From contig NZ_CP021425.1 of assembly GCF_002162375.1 (NCBI RefSeq), positions 5,953,276-6,017,275 of the forward strand: DNA of 64,000 nt. The letters are read 5' to 3'. Positions within the stretch are counted from its first letter, which is position 1. The number at the start of each line of letters is the position of its first letter. Origin of the DNA: Oleiphilus messinensis. GTDB lineage: Bacteria; Pseudomonadota; Gammaproteobacteria; Pseudomonadales; Oleiphilaceae. Under the pieces are notes generated by a model that was given only the letters and a program-made list of their open reading frames with translations, was not told the origin of the DNA and did not search any database. Both the position numbers and the translations under genes were made by a program. Positions 10,828-20,699 of this stretch are shown here, one piece after another.

Positions 10828-10915
10828 GATCATCACCTCCATCCATGAGAAAACAATACTGTACAAGCTACTGTATATGAGTAGGTTTAGTCAAGTATTT
10901 CGTTAACTGTTAAAG

Positions 10916-11566
10916 CCCCGGGATATTGTGGGTGGCGATATCTACTACATCGACAAACTGGACAACAAAGTCATTGTGGCCGTAATAGACTGTACCGGTC
11001 ATGGTGTGCCGGGTGCGTTTATGACCATGCTGGCGTCATCCGGCTTGCGCCGAATTACCGTTGACGAGCACTGTCATGATCCCGCTGAGATTCTCGCTAA
11101 ACTGAACCGGATTGTGAAAAAGTCGCTGCAACAAGATACGGATCACGCCAGTTCCGACGATGGCATGGACGCGGCGGTGTGTGTCATTGATGAAGCAGAA
11201 AAAACCGTTAAATTTGCCGGGGCCAATTTACCCCTGACCTATATTCACGATGGCGAGATACACAGCATCAAGGGGGACAGGGAAAGTCTCGGCTACCGCC
11301 GCTCCGACGTTGAACACGACTTCAATAACCATGAAGTCAAAGCCCGGAAAGGCACCGTGTTTTATCTGTATACCGATGGCATAACCGATCAGTTGGGCGG
11401 CGAAAAAAGAAGAATGTACGGGAATCGACGTTTACGGGAGACCTTGCTCAAACACCATAATCACAACTCTGCAAAACAGAAAGAAAGCGTTATTGTTGAG
11501 TTTGAGCAATACCGTTCCGATAACGAAGTGCAGGATGACATCACCCTGATCGGTTTCAAGATGTAG
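10916..11566 (+). pseudogene. 3' fragment of the interrupted siaA-like gene: PP2C (SpoIIE-type) phosphatase domain
   Basis: In-frame KPRDIVGGDIYYID...AVIDCTGHGVPGAFMTM...YLYTDGITDQ...DDITLIGFKM are the conserved PP2C/SpoIIE motifs; no credible own start other than GTG 10928; continues the reading frame logic of 5741..8536. Confidence 0.75.
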
Positions 11567-11667
11567 AGCCTAATCCGGATAAGATCAACATTCGTCGATG
11601 ACGAATGTTGATCTCCTGTTGTTAGACTTTTAACAAGTTTGAGCCTGTCATCAATAACCACTGGCCA

Positions 11668-13077
11668 TTAGTTCTCACATCCCTCTGACGAGGCTGTTTT
11701 CGAAACATCCGCCGCATCCAGCCCGGTTGTAATCGTCGCTGCAAACGAACTTAAAAATTGGGTATTCAGGGTTGCAATACTCAACCCCGACAACTGAAGA
11801 CTCGCCGCGCCATCGGCAAATACGAGCTCAACCGGTTGATTTAACCCCAGAAACGACAGTGTTCCGGCCTCGGTACTGGTGATCTGGATACGGGTACCCT
11901 GAACTGAAAACTGGTAATCAGCCAACGCACCCGGCAGTTCAATACGCTCCACATTGGCATCCACCGTAATCGTGGGGTTACAGGAGACCAATAAGGTTTC
12001 CTGTTCCGCGTTACCATAAACCATTGTATCGGCCTGGCTGGTATAAAGATTACCGGCCCCTAAAAATGCCACGGACTCCGTCGCACCGGGTGTCGATTGT
12101 CCATCCGTGAACCGTTGCAATATGCCAGCGGTGTTGATGGTCCAGACATCGCCCGCTTCGGTATCCAGCGCCAGGCCACTGAAGGCCACATTCGTTACCG
12201 GTAACGCAATTTCCTGCACCAGTGACCCAGTCAGGGTCAGTTCCAGCATCGCCGCTTCGGCACTGCTGAGTACATATAAATTACCGTTGCTGCCCACCTC
12301 CAGGTCACCGGATACCACGTCGAAATCAGTGGCCACAGAAGCAAGCGCGATGCGGTTCAATATACTCCCGTCGGACGCGCTGATTTCCGCAATCACATTG
12401 GCATCGCTCGACACCGCTTCGTTATTTTGCAGCAGAAAAAACGAGCCCCGCTCTGGATGGTAAGCCCCACCGACCACAAAACCCTCGCCAAACGAGGTGG
12501 TCTGGCGTGAAACTTGGTTACCGGTCACCGGGTCAAATCCGTACATTATCGTAATGCCGCCTTCCCCTTCGAATACCAGTATTGATCCGGCGTCGATCTC
12601 CGCCCGACCCAACTGCAAGGCTTCAGGGGCAACACTGATATCCAAATGGCTTGAAACACTACTGCTCGGTAATTCAATACTGGACAGCACAGCCCCTTCC
12701 GGAGTCACCTGAATCAGTTGATCATTCTCATGGTCCTGCAGCCAGAGCGTGTTTGTCATCTCCGCATAAGCTACCCCGTATGCGCTTTGTGCCTCTGTCG
12801 CCAGGGTCTTGACCAGGTTCAAGGTGCTCTCTGCTGCCGCATCATGGCTGATCGAGATTCGCAGGTTATCAACCCGATTATCAATCAGGACGGCAGCATT
12901 ACCGGAATGCCGCCACCCGGTCACATAACCGAATTGCATTTCAGCACCGGAAAAATCCGGATGGAAATTTGCATTCATTTCCGCCGTTTCAAGGTCGATC
13001 ACCAGGCTGAAATCCGATTCCGTTAAACTCTGCATTTTCGCACGGTGCCAGGCATTTTCCTCAACGGGGGTGATCAT
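11668..13077 (-). CDS. hypothetical protein, probably secreted beta-propeller-like
   Basis: 469-aa ORF, Ser/Gly/Thr rich repeats; overlaps upstream ORF by ATGA. Confidence 0.45.
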   Translation of the reverse strand: MITPVEENAWHRAKMQSLTESDFSLVIDLETAEMNANFHPDFSGAEMQFGYVTGWRHSGNAAVLIDNRVDNLRISISHDAAAESTLNLVKTLATEAQSAYGVAYAEMTNTLWLQDHENDQLIQVTPEGAVLSSIELPSSSVSSHLDISVAPEALQLGRAEIDAGSILVFEGEGGITIMYGFDPVTGNQVSRQTTSFGEGFVVGGAYHPERGSFFLLQNNEAVSSDANVIAEISASDGSILNRIALASVATDFDVVSGDLEVGSNGNLYVLSSAEAAMLELTLTGSLVQEIALPVTNVAFSGLALDTEAGDVWTINTAGILQRFTDGQSTPGATESVAFLGAGNLYTSQADTMVYGNAEQETLLVSCNPTITVDANVERIELPGALADYQFSVQGTRIQITSTEAGTLSFLGLNQPVELVFADGAASLQLSGLSIATLNTQFLSSFAATITTGLDAADVSKTASSEGCEN

Positions 13078-13475
13078 ATGGCGATACTGGTAGTAGTTAC
13101 CCGCCTGCTGAATGAGGAGGTGCGCCCCCAGGACCCCAGCGTACCGCCCTCGACCGCGACCCAGCGATCCATGGACGCGCTAATGGTGTTGATGTTGCCC
13201 TGCGTGGCCGGATCCCACGAAAAATGGGAGTTGATAAAATAGTTTCTCGAGCTGTGATTCGGGTTATTGGCCGAGACTAACGTCATGTGGCCGATGGACG
13301 TCCCCGGATTCCCGGGGGAACTGTTCGACACGATTACCGTGGTGTCGCCACCATTGGAATGGCTTGCCACAACATAATCATCAAGATCAAAATCCCGATC
13401 AAGAAAAACAGAGCTGGCCTGGGTACTGCCAACCATTCCCACTAAACAAAGCGCAAAATACTGATTCTTTTTCAT
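13074..13475 (-). CDS. hypothetical secreted protein (signal peptide); possibly N-terminal part of the downstream ORF
   Basis: MKKNQYFALCLVGMVGSTQA signal peptide; 4-nt overlap with 11668..13077. Confidence 0.4.
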   Translation of the reverse strand: MKKNQYFALCLVGMVGSTQASSVFLDRDFDLDDYVVASHSNGGDTTVIVSNSSPGNPGTSIGHMTLVSANNPNHSSRNYFINSHFSWDPATQGNINTISASMDRWVAVEGGTLGSWGRTSSFSRRVTTTSIAI

Positions 13476-13699
13476 TGGTCACCTTCACTCCATGACATCA
13501 ATCCATGAAAACAGTCCATGGCAAAACACTTAGCGTTTTCGTTGTTGTACATCATATGTTCACTTTTGGTCAAATTTGTGTCACGAACAATTCCGCGGCG
13601 TTTTCGTTTATTCATTCTGAAGCGTTATAGTTTTTTTATTCTAGAAGCGAGGGCTAGGATTAACTGACTCGAACAATCCAACACGTTAAGGACTAAACC

Positions 13700-14065
13700 A
13701 TGGGTAAGCTCAGTTCATTGCAACAACAGGTTCAGGACAGCATCAACAACGCCATCAGCACATCCGAACGCACTTATTTCTCACTGACCGAGAAATCTGC
13801 GTCCTTCTGCAGCAAGTGGTATCAGCAACACAACTCATCTATTGCCAAGGCCTGCAATAGCTTGCGCGAATTCAATATCAAGTCCGGCGAAAAACTCGCT
13901 GCGGTTATCGCCAAAATCGAAAAGGAACCGACCACGGAAGACAAAGTGAAAGAAACCATCGACCAGGCCGCCGAGGCGACCAAAACCCTGGTTGAAAAAG
14001 CCGCCGAACAAGCCGCAAAACTCAACGAAAAAGCCAAAAAAGTGAAAGAAGACGTTTTGGCTTGA
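13700..14065 (+). CDS. phasin-like (PHA granule-associated) protein
   Basis: 121 aa, alpha-helical Ala/Lys/Glu-rich low-complexity C-terminal half (EKAAEQAAKLNEKAKKVKEDV) typical of phasin family. Confidence 0.55.
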   Translation: MGKLSSLQQQVQDSINNAISTSERTYFSLTEKSASFCSKWYQQHNSSIAKACNSLREFNIKSGEKLAAVIAKIEKEPTTEDKVKETIDQAAEATKTLVEKAAEQAAKLNEKAKKVKEDVLA

Positions 14066-14178
14066 AGTCATCGCTCTGAACAGATGAACAAACCTGAACG
14101 GATGAACAGCCCTGTAGTCTAAGCGGTCACAGGGCAATTACACTTCAGGTTTAACCCATTACTAACCAGTGGAGAGCG

Positions 14179-15375
14179 CTATATTTTGGCGTAAAACGTT
14201 TCACAAAACAGGCGGTAGTTATCCGCATTATCCAATGCCGTTGCGGTATCCGCTTGCGCCAGCGTTCGGCATAAATAATGTCCGTAGACCAGTTGATCAT
14301 GCTCTGCATAGACCCGGACAATATCGTTATTCGTGCCGATATTATAATTCTGCAAAACGCTGACATTGTTGTCGTCGGTATTCAACTTGGCGTGGGTCAA
14401 TTCATGAATGACCGTGCCACCAAAAGAGGCCACGGAATCGCTGTTGATCGTTTTCGATTTACTCTTGATTTGCTTGGTATGGTAGGCCTTGCGGGAATCC
14501 TGGAAGTAGCCACTGGTAATGCCGGAACGCTTTGCCATGTGCGACACAGTGCTGCTCAAGTCCCCTTTGGCTTTTTCATAGGAGGCCAGTTTGGGATAGC
14601 GTCCACAGGCACCGTCATTGAAGAAACTGCCCCCCAAGCCAATGGACACATCCATATCCGGGTAACTGTTACAGAAGTTACCACTGGTTTCTGCGTAGAG
14701 TGAGGCACTTAACGTGCCTTTTTTCGACGAGGGCTTGAACTTGATGGTGCGATTGGTCATGGTCTTACTCAGCAGCTGAATGTTGTTCTTCAGCGTTGTG
14801 ACGGTATTGTTATCCCGTGCACCAAACCAATACTCAACAGCACCTAACACTTTTTCTGACGGGCTGTTAAGTGCCCCCGCAACCACGCCCAGTAACGCCT
14901 TGGCATCGTTATAGCCGTACTCGATCTTTTTCAACTGCTCATCTGAAAACTCATAGCCGCCAAACTTAACAGTCTTGTACGAACCCGCGAAACTGAACGA
15001 CCCCAACACCTGCATGGGACGCTTTAGCGCCAGGTTAATAACATTTTCATTGCCATAACTGTTTTTCATATAGGCATCGCGCAGTTTTTTCACTTCACTG
15101 ATGGACTTGCGCCCATAGGTAGCCTCAAACAAAAGATACAAGCGAAGCTTGTTGCGAAAGGCCTTGTCGCCTGAAAACTTTTTAAACAGCCCGCTATGGC
15201 TCGAACTCCCCAGTGAAATGGCGTTGCCGACATTAGTCATGTTGGACTTGCCATCATTAAACCATTTCATGATCGCGATCTGCGCCCGCTGAGCAGCCTG
15301 CTGCCCGAATAACGGGGCAATTTCGGCAGGTATACTTTCAATGGTTTGGTAAATACGCTTGGCGGGTGATTTCAT
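14179..15375 (-). CDS. HEXXH zinc metallopeptidase, aspzincin (M35)-like
   Basis: VIHELTHAKL zinc-binding HEXXH plus downstream D/Y-containing segment (NADNYRLFCE); no N-terminal signal peptide. Confidence 0.55.
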   Translation of the reverse strand: MKSPAKRIYQTIESIPAEIAPLFGQQAAQRAQIAIMKWFNDGKSNMTNVGNAISLGSSSHSGLFKKFSGDKAFRNKLRLYLLFEATYGRKSISEVKKLRDAYMKNSYGNENVINLALKRPMQVLGSFSFAGSYKTVKFGGYEFSDEQLKKIEYGYNDAKALLGVVAGALNSPSEKVLGAVEYWFGARDNNTVTTLKNNIQLLSKTMTNRTIKFKPSSKKGTLSASLYAETSGNFCNSYPDMDVSIGLGGSFFNDGACGRYPKLASYEKAKGDLSSTVSHMAKRSGITSGYFQDSRKAYHTKQIKSKSKTINSDSVASFGGTVIHELTHAKLNTDDNNVSVLQNYNIGTNNDIVRVYAEHDQLVYGHYLCRTLAQADTATALDNADNYRLFCETFYAKI

Positions 15376-15694
15376 AGCTCGGAGCCCCTACTGCAGATCA
15401 GTTCAATTTCAGCGTGTTAATCAATTAACTGAGTATAGCGATAAAACGTTCTGCACCACCTCAAAAAAGTTAACAGATTGCCCCCCCATAGACAGCACAG
15501 ACCATTCCGACCTCACTTTTGTTAACCCATCTTTAACTCCCGTTTGCGTAATGTTCAAGAATTCAGCGATCGATGAACACGTAACCAGGCAAAACAAGAG
15601 GCCCTGATATGTACGAAAACGAGCAAGATTACATAACCCGTTTACCTTTCAGAAGGGTTGGTGCTGTCGCACTAAGACGACCAGGGGACAAGCA

Positions 15695-16897
15695 ATGAAT
15701 CTCAAAACAGTGTTTGCCCGGCGTAAAACCGGGCTTGTGATTCTTGCATTGATTGGCGTGATGGTGTGCCTTGTGGACTTCATTTTCACACCGGCGGAGA
15801 GCACTGAAGCAACACAGGTTTCTGCAATACAGGTTTCTGCAACACAGGTTTCTGCATCCCCGCCCTCGCTGCCGGTGGTTGAGGTGACGACCGTTTCGGC
15901 TCAGACGTATAGCACAGAAGTCATCGTGCGCGGGCAAACCCTACCGCGTTATCAAGTCGAGATCACCGCGCAAGTCGAAGGTGAAATAAGCGAAATTGTG
16001 AATGGGATTACCGGACAGCAGGTGGCCAAAGAAGACACGCTGATCACCATCGATAACCAGGCCTACCTCGATGCGGTGTCCGCAGCGCAACTGGAGTTGG
16101 CCTACGCCGAACTCAATCTGGCGGAAGAGCGCAGAGCGGTCAAGCAAGCCAAACAAGAGTGGGCGCACATGCAGCCCGGAAAGCAACCGGATTCACCGCT
16201 GGTTTGGCGCACGCCTCACTTCAATGTTGCCCAACAGCGACTCGCCCGCTCAGAATCACTGCTCGCTCTGGCCCGTCGAAATCTGGCGAACACCGAGGTT
16301 AAAGCACCGTTCTCCGGGGTGATCATCAACCGTTATGTCGCACCGGGTCGCTATGTTCAACAGGGCGATCCACTGGTTTCAATTTACGGTCGTGATCAAT
16401 TCGAAATGCGTGTTCTGTTATCCGAACAACAATGGCAATTACTCCCTGCCGAGCAGGACTTGATCCAGCTTCAGTGGCCAGTGGAACTGAGCCTGTTAAA
16501 TTCCCCGCCCCAGTGGTCAGGTTATATCAGCCGGGTAGAAAATCATATCGACGTCACAACCCGGCAACGGGCGCTCATCATTACCGTTGATGCGCCGTAT
16601 GAACAAACCCCGGTACTCCTGCCCGGCCGTTTCCTGGAGGCCCGTATTTCCGGGCTGGAACTGCCCGGGTTGTACAAACTTCCCGCCAGTGCCCTGACAC
16701 GAAATGGCTTCGTCTGGTATCTGGATGACGACAATCGCTTACAACGGATTGCCGCGACTCCGGTGTTTCAAAAACAGGGGGATGTCTATATCCGGCTGCC
16801 GGAACAAGACCATAAACGGGCCTGGCGGATACTCAGACATCCCCTGAGCCATTACCTCGTGAACACTCAGGTCCAGGCCAATGAGGCGCAAATATGA
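15695..16897 (+). CDS. RND efflux periplasmic adaptor (membrane fusion protein, HlyD family)
   Basis: N-terminal TM anchor, coiled-coil (LELAYAELNLAEERRAVKQAKQ), lipoyl/beta-barrel region; 4-nt overlap with RND pump gene. Confidence 0.85.
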   Translation: MNLKTVFARRKTGLVILALIGVMVCLVDFIFTPAESTEATQVSAIQVSATQVSASPPSLPVVEVTTVSAQTYSTEVIVRGQTLPRYQVEITAQVEGEISEIVNGITGQQVAKEDTLITIDNQAYLDAVSAAQLELAYAELNLAEERRAVKQAKQEWAHMQPGKQPDSPLVWRTPHFNVAQQRLARSESLLALARRNLANTEVKAPFSGVIINRYVAPGRYVQQGDPLVSIYGRDQFEMRVLLSEQQWQLLPAEQDLIQLQWPVELSLLNSPPQWSGYISRVENHIDVTTRQRALIITVDAPYEQTPVLLPGRFLEARISGLELPGLYKLPASALTRNGFVWYLDDDNRLQRIAATPVFQKQGDVYIRLPEQDHKRAWRILRHPLSHYLVNTQVQANEAQI

Positions 16898-19800
16898 GTG
16901 AAGGAGAAAAGTCAGGACTCATCGACTGGTTTGTGAACAATCCGGTCGCCGCCAATTTGCTGATGGCGTTTATTCTGATCGTCGGGCTTGTTACCGCAAA
17001 CGCCCTGCGCCAGGAAGGTTTTCCTCCTCTGCCCCCCAAATATATCACGGTCTCGGTGACGTTCGAGAGTGGTTCTGCGGCCCAGGCGGAAAAGGGTATT
17101 GCAATGAAAATTGAAGATGCCCTGCAAGGCCTTATCGGTGTGAAACAAATCATCTCCGAATCGACAGCACAGGGGAGTACAGTGACCATTGAAAAGCAGG
17201 GTGACTACCCGTTGTCCGAGCTGCTCACTGCGGTCAAAAACCGTGTCGATGCCATCGCCACCTTTCCAAGCCGGGCTGAAAAGCCCATCGTCTCCGCCGC
17301 GCAATGGCACGAACATGCACTGTGGGTTCAGCTTTTTGGCCCTGCCGATGAGACGACTTTGGCTACACTTGCCCGAGAGATTCGTCAGGCATTATTGCGC
17401 CAGCCCGCCATTCAGAAAGTCGCAGTGCATGGTTTGCGCAAACCGGAAATAGAGGTCACCGTTGACGAGCAGCAACTGCAGGCCTTTAATCTTTCGTTGC
17501 CGGACGTGGCGGAAGCCATTTCCGCTAACTCGGTCACTGAAGTTGCCGGGGAGATTCGCAATCCGCAAAGCACCGTGACCCTGAGTGCGAATCAACAACG
17601 GCAGCAAGAGCTTGATTTCGCCCACATACCACTGCTCAACACCCCCGATGGCGGGGAGCTTGTGCTTGGCGACGTCGCGCATATTCGCGACAGTTATACC
17701 CAGCGCACACGGCATTGGATGCGCTTTTCCGGGCAACCGTCTGTCGGCTTGCAGATTATCATGGATAATCGCTCGGACATTAACGCCATCACGGAACAGG
17801 CACACCAGACCATTCAGACCATTCGCGCCAGCGGTCGATTACCCATGGATGTGCAGATTGAGAGCTGGTATGACCAAAGCAAATTCATCCAGAGCCGCTT
17901 ATCCCTGATGATTGAAAACGGGGTGACCGGGATGGCACTGGTTTTTCTTGTGCTCGCTTTATTCCTGAATTTACGGATTGCATTTTGGGTTGCGATGGGA
18001 CTGCCGGTTTGTTTCGCGGGCACCTTTATTCTGATGAACGACACGCTGCTCGACCTTTCCCTGAACGAATTAACCAGCTTCGGACTGATCATCGCCCTCG
18101 GTCTGGTGGTTGATGATGCCGTGGTGGTCGGTGAAAGTGTCCATACTCACCACCAACGCTATGGCGCGCACCGCCAAAGCACCATTCAAGGCGTTAAACG
18201 GGTTGCGACCCCAACCCTGTTTGGCATACTGACAACCGTGGCCGCATTTTGGCCACTGGGTCTGGTGGCCGGAGAAATGGGTAAAATATTTGCGCAGTTT
18301 GCCGTTATTGTGGTGGTCTGCCTGAGCTTTTCATTACTGGAGTCCAAGCTGATTCTTCCCGCCCACCTCGCACCTGCCGCTCACCCGGAAAAGTCGCCTG
18401 GCACCGTTGCGAGACACCGGAATATCTGGAAAACCGTGCAAACAGGGGTATCACAAGGCCTCGAGGTATTCACCCGTTGGCTTTATTTGCCGGCACTCAA
18501 ACAGGCGCTCAGGTATCGCTATATTACCCTGCTGACCTTCATCGTGTTCTGGTTAGGCAGTATTGCGCTGCTTTCCAGCGGTACCGTGCGCTATGTATTT
18601 TTTCCGGATGTACCCGGCGATACCATCTCGGGTTATTTTATGCTGGAAGACGGGGCGGGGTATGGCCTGGCAGAACAACATACCGATCATATCGAGCAGG
18701 CAATAGTGCGGGTCAATCAGGCCATCATGGAAGCGTATAATCTCGACCAGCCTGTGATCGTCAAACGCCAGGCCTATCTGCAAAACGACTTGATCGGTGA
18801 AGTGACGGTTGAACTCAGCCCCCGTTCTGAACGCCCAATCAGTACAGAAGAAATTACCCAACGCTGGCGCGCCGCCGTTGGCAGTCTCGAAGCTACAGAT
18901 ATCCTGAAATTTGTCAGCAGTTGGGTGGGCGCGGAAGATCTGCGAATCGAACTTCTGGCAGACTCCACAGAAACTTTACGTACAGCAGGAGAAGCCATCA
19001 AAAATCACCTGCAAACGTTACCTGGCGTGACCGATATTCAGGACAATCTCAAGCCGGGTATTCCGCAAATTCAACTGACCCTATCTCCGGTCGGACGCAC
19101 GCTGGGTTTGACCCAGGCCGATTTGGCAAAACAGATTCAATACGCCTATCACGGTATTGAGGTGCAACAGTTCCAACGAGGAAGTCACGAGGTCAAAGTC
19201 TGGGTGCGCTACCCCGAGAGATTACGCGGTGATATCACCACACTCAGTGAGATGCGGATCAGGCTTCCCGATGCCCGTTTTGTTCCTCTGTCAGTGGTGG
19301 CAACCATTTCCGAAAGTTACGGCAACAGCTATATCACCCGGATAGATAATCAACGGGCTAACTTTATCGTGGCAAACGTTGATAAACAAATCACCTCCCC
19401 CAGTGCTATTATTAAAATTCTGGAAGACCATACTTTTCCTGCCCTGTTAGCGGCACACCCGGGGCTACATATCCAACTTGCCGGAGAGGCCAAAGAGGAT
19501 GCGGAGGCATCCGCATCGCTGATCAAGATATTCGGTCTGTCTTTGCTTCTGATTTATATTTTATTGGCGGTGCCGCTGAAATCCTACAGCCAACCCCTGC
19601 TGATTATGGCCGCTATACCCTTCGGGATTATGGGAGCGATTGTCGGCCACTGGATTCAGGGTCTTCCGGTAAGCCTGCTATCCTTGTTTGGCATACTCGC
19701 ATTAAGCGGCATTGTCGTGAACGACAGCCTGTTACTGGTGGTTCGCTATAATGAATCAAGAGCGCAGCATAAGCCGATTATCAGCGCACTTCTGGAAGCA

Positions 19801-20028
19801 GGGCACAATCGATTGAGAGCTATTTTATTGACATCACTCACGACATTTGTCGGCTTGTTGCCTCTCTTGAGGGAAACCTCAGAACAGGCCCAGTTTCTCA
19901 TTCCGACCGCGGTATCGCTGGCCTATGGCATTTTATTTGCGACCACAATCACCTTGATCCTGATACCGATACTCCTGGCAATACAGGAAGACTTTCTCCC
20001 CGACCGTCGAGGCGCTGACAGTATATGA
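16894..20028 (+). CDS. RND transporter permease (AcrB/AcrD/AcrF family)
   Basis: 1044 aa, 12-TM duplicated architecture with two large periplasmic loops. Confidence 0.9.
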   Translation: MSEGEKSGLIDWFVNNPVAANLLMAFILIVGLVTANALRQEGFPPLPPKYITVSVTFESGSAAQAEKGIAMKIEDALQGLIGVKQIISESTAQGSTVTIEKQGDYPLSELLTAVKNRVDAIATFPSRAEKPIVSAAQWHEHALWVQLFGPADETTLATLAREIRQALLRQPAIQKVAVHGLRKPEIEVTVDEQQLQAFNLSLPDVAEAISANSVTEVAGEIRNPQSTVTLSANQQRQQELDFAHIPLLNTPDGGELVLGDVAHIRDSYTQRTRHWMRFSGQPSVGLQIIMDNRSDINAITEQAHQTIQTIRASGRLPMDVQIESWYDQSKFIQSRLSLMIENGVTGMALVFLVLALFLNLRIAFWVAMGLPVCFAGTFILMNDTLLDLSLNELTSFGLIIALGLVVDDAVVVGESVHTHHQRYGAHRQSTIQGVKRVATPTLFGILTTVAAFWPLGLVAGEMGKIFAQFAVIVVVCLSFSLLESKLILPAHLAPAAHPEKSPGTVARHRNIWKTVQTGVSQGLEVFTRWLYLPALKQALRYRYITLLTFIVFWLGSIALLSSGTVRYVFFPDVPGDTISGYFMLEDGAGYGLAEQHTDHIEQAIVRVNQAIMEAYNLDQPVIVKRQAYLQNDLIGEVTVELSPRSERPISTEEITQRWRAAVGSLEATDILKFVSSWVGAEDLRIELLADSTETLRTAGEAIKNHLQTLPGVTDIQDNLKPGIPQIQLTLSPVGRTLGLTQADLAKQIQYAYHGIEVQQFQRGSHEVKVWVRYPERLRGDITTLSEMRIRLPDARFVPLSVVATISESYGNSYITRIDNQRANFIVANVDKQITSPSAIIKILEDHTFPALLAAHPGLHIQLAGEAKEDAEASASLIKIFGLSLLLIYILLAVPLKSYSQPLLIMAAIPFGIMGAIVGHWIQGLPVSLLSLFGILALSGIVVNDSLLLVVRYNESRAQHKPIISALLEAGHNRLRAILLTSLTTFVGLLPLLRETSEQAQFLIPTAVSLAYGILFATTITLILIPILLAIQEDFLPDRRGADSI

Positions 20029-20699
20029 CGTTACCGGTACTGCTGGTCGAAGATGATATTGATCTTGCGAATACACTGCTTCAGTTCCTTGAAATGGAGG
20101 GGATTAACTGTGACCATGCCGCCAATGGTCAATCCGGGTTAACGTTGGCGCAACAGAATACCTATGGAGTTATTCTACTGGATTTGAATCTGCCCAGAAT
20201 GAATGGTTTGACACTCTGTGAGCGCTTGCGCCAGTCCGGTCAGGACACCCCCGTGTTAATGCTCACCGCTCGAGACACCCTGGATGACAAACTCGCTGGC
20301 TTTCATGCAGGAACGGATGATTATCTGGTTAAACCCTTTGATCTGGATGAGGTTTTGGTACGTGTCCGGGCGCTTGCCAAGCGTCGAAGCGGGCAAGTAC
20401 GAAAGTTGCTCGCAGCAACGCTGGAGATGGATCTGGACAGAAAGGAAGTGTTGCGTGCCGGTACACTATTGAAGATATCCCCAAGCAGTTGGCGTCTTCT
20501 GGAAACGCTGATGCGTCATTTCCCGGCGGTGGTCAGTCGGCAGGAACTGGAAGCAGCACTTTGGGGAGATAATCTTCCCGACAGTAACAGCCTGAAAGTA
20601 CATCTGCACAATCTGCGTCAACAGCTTGATAAGGGATTCGAGACCGGGCTTGTAGAAACCGTTCCGGGTTTTGGTTTCAGACTCAAGGACTCAAATTAA
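20025..20699 (+). CDS. OmpR-family response regulator
   Basis: Receiver domain (LLVEDD..., D at VILLDLNLP, K in YLVKPF) plus winged-helix C-terminus. Confidence 0.9.
   Translation: MTLPVLLVEDDIDLANTLLQFLEMEGINCDHAANGQSGLTLAQQNTYGVILLDLNLPRMNGLTLCERLRQSGQDTPVLMLTARDTLDDKLAGFHAGTDDYLVKPFDLDEVLVRVRALAKRRSGQVRKLLAATLEMDLDRKEVLRAGTLLKISPSSWRLLETLMRHFPAVVSRQELEAALWGDNLPDSNSLKVHLHNLRQQLDKGFETGLVETVPGFGFRLKDSN

Larger units (their letters stand above)
8537..10912 (-). mobile_element. IS607-family insertion sequence (tnpA serine recombinase plus tnpB)
   Basis: Contains MerR-HTH serine recombinase and TnpB ORFs with 1-nt overlap; imperfect terminal inverted match TAAACCTACTCA at about 8546 and 10881-10892 (reverse complement); interrupts a PP2C domain. 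Confidence 0.8.

Noticed and set aside
8576-10866. Possibility that the large TnpB-like protein is a Cas12-type effector of a CRISPR system
   Set aside because: No CRISPR repeats anywhere in the window and the partner gene is an IS607 serine recombinase; an IS-borne TnpB is the simpler explanation
12107-13026. Three plus-strand ORFs (71-118 aa) antisense to 11668..13077
   Set aside because: Nested antisense ORFs with no motifs; they reflect the Ser/Gly/Thr codon bias of the real gene
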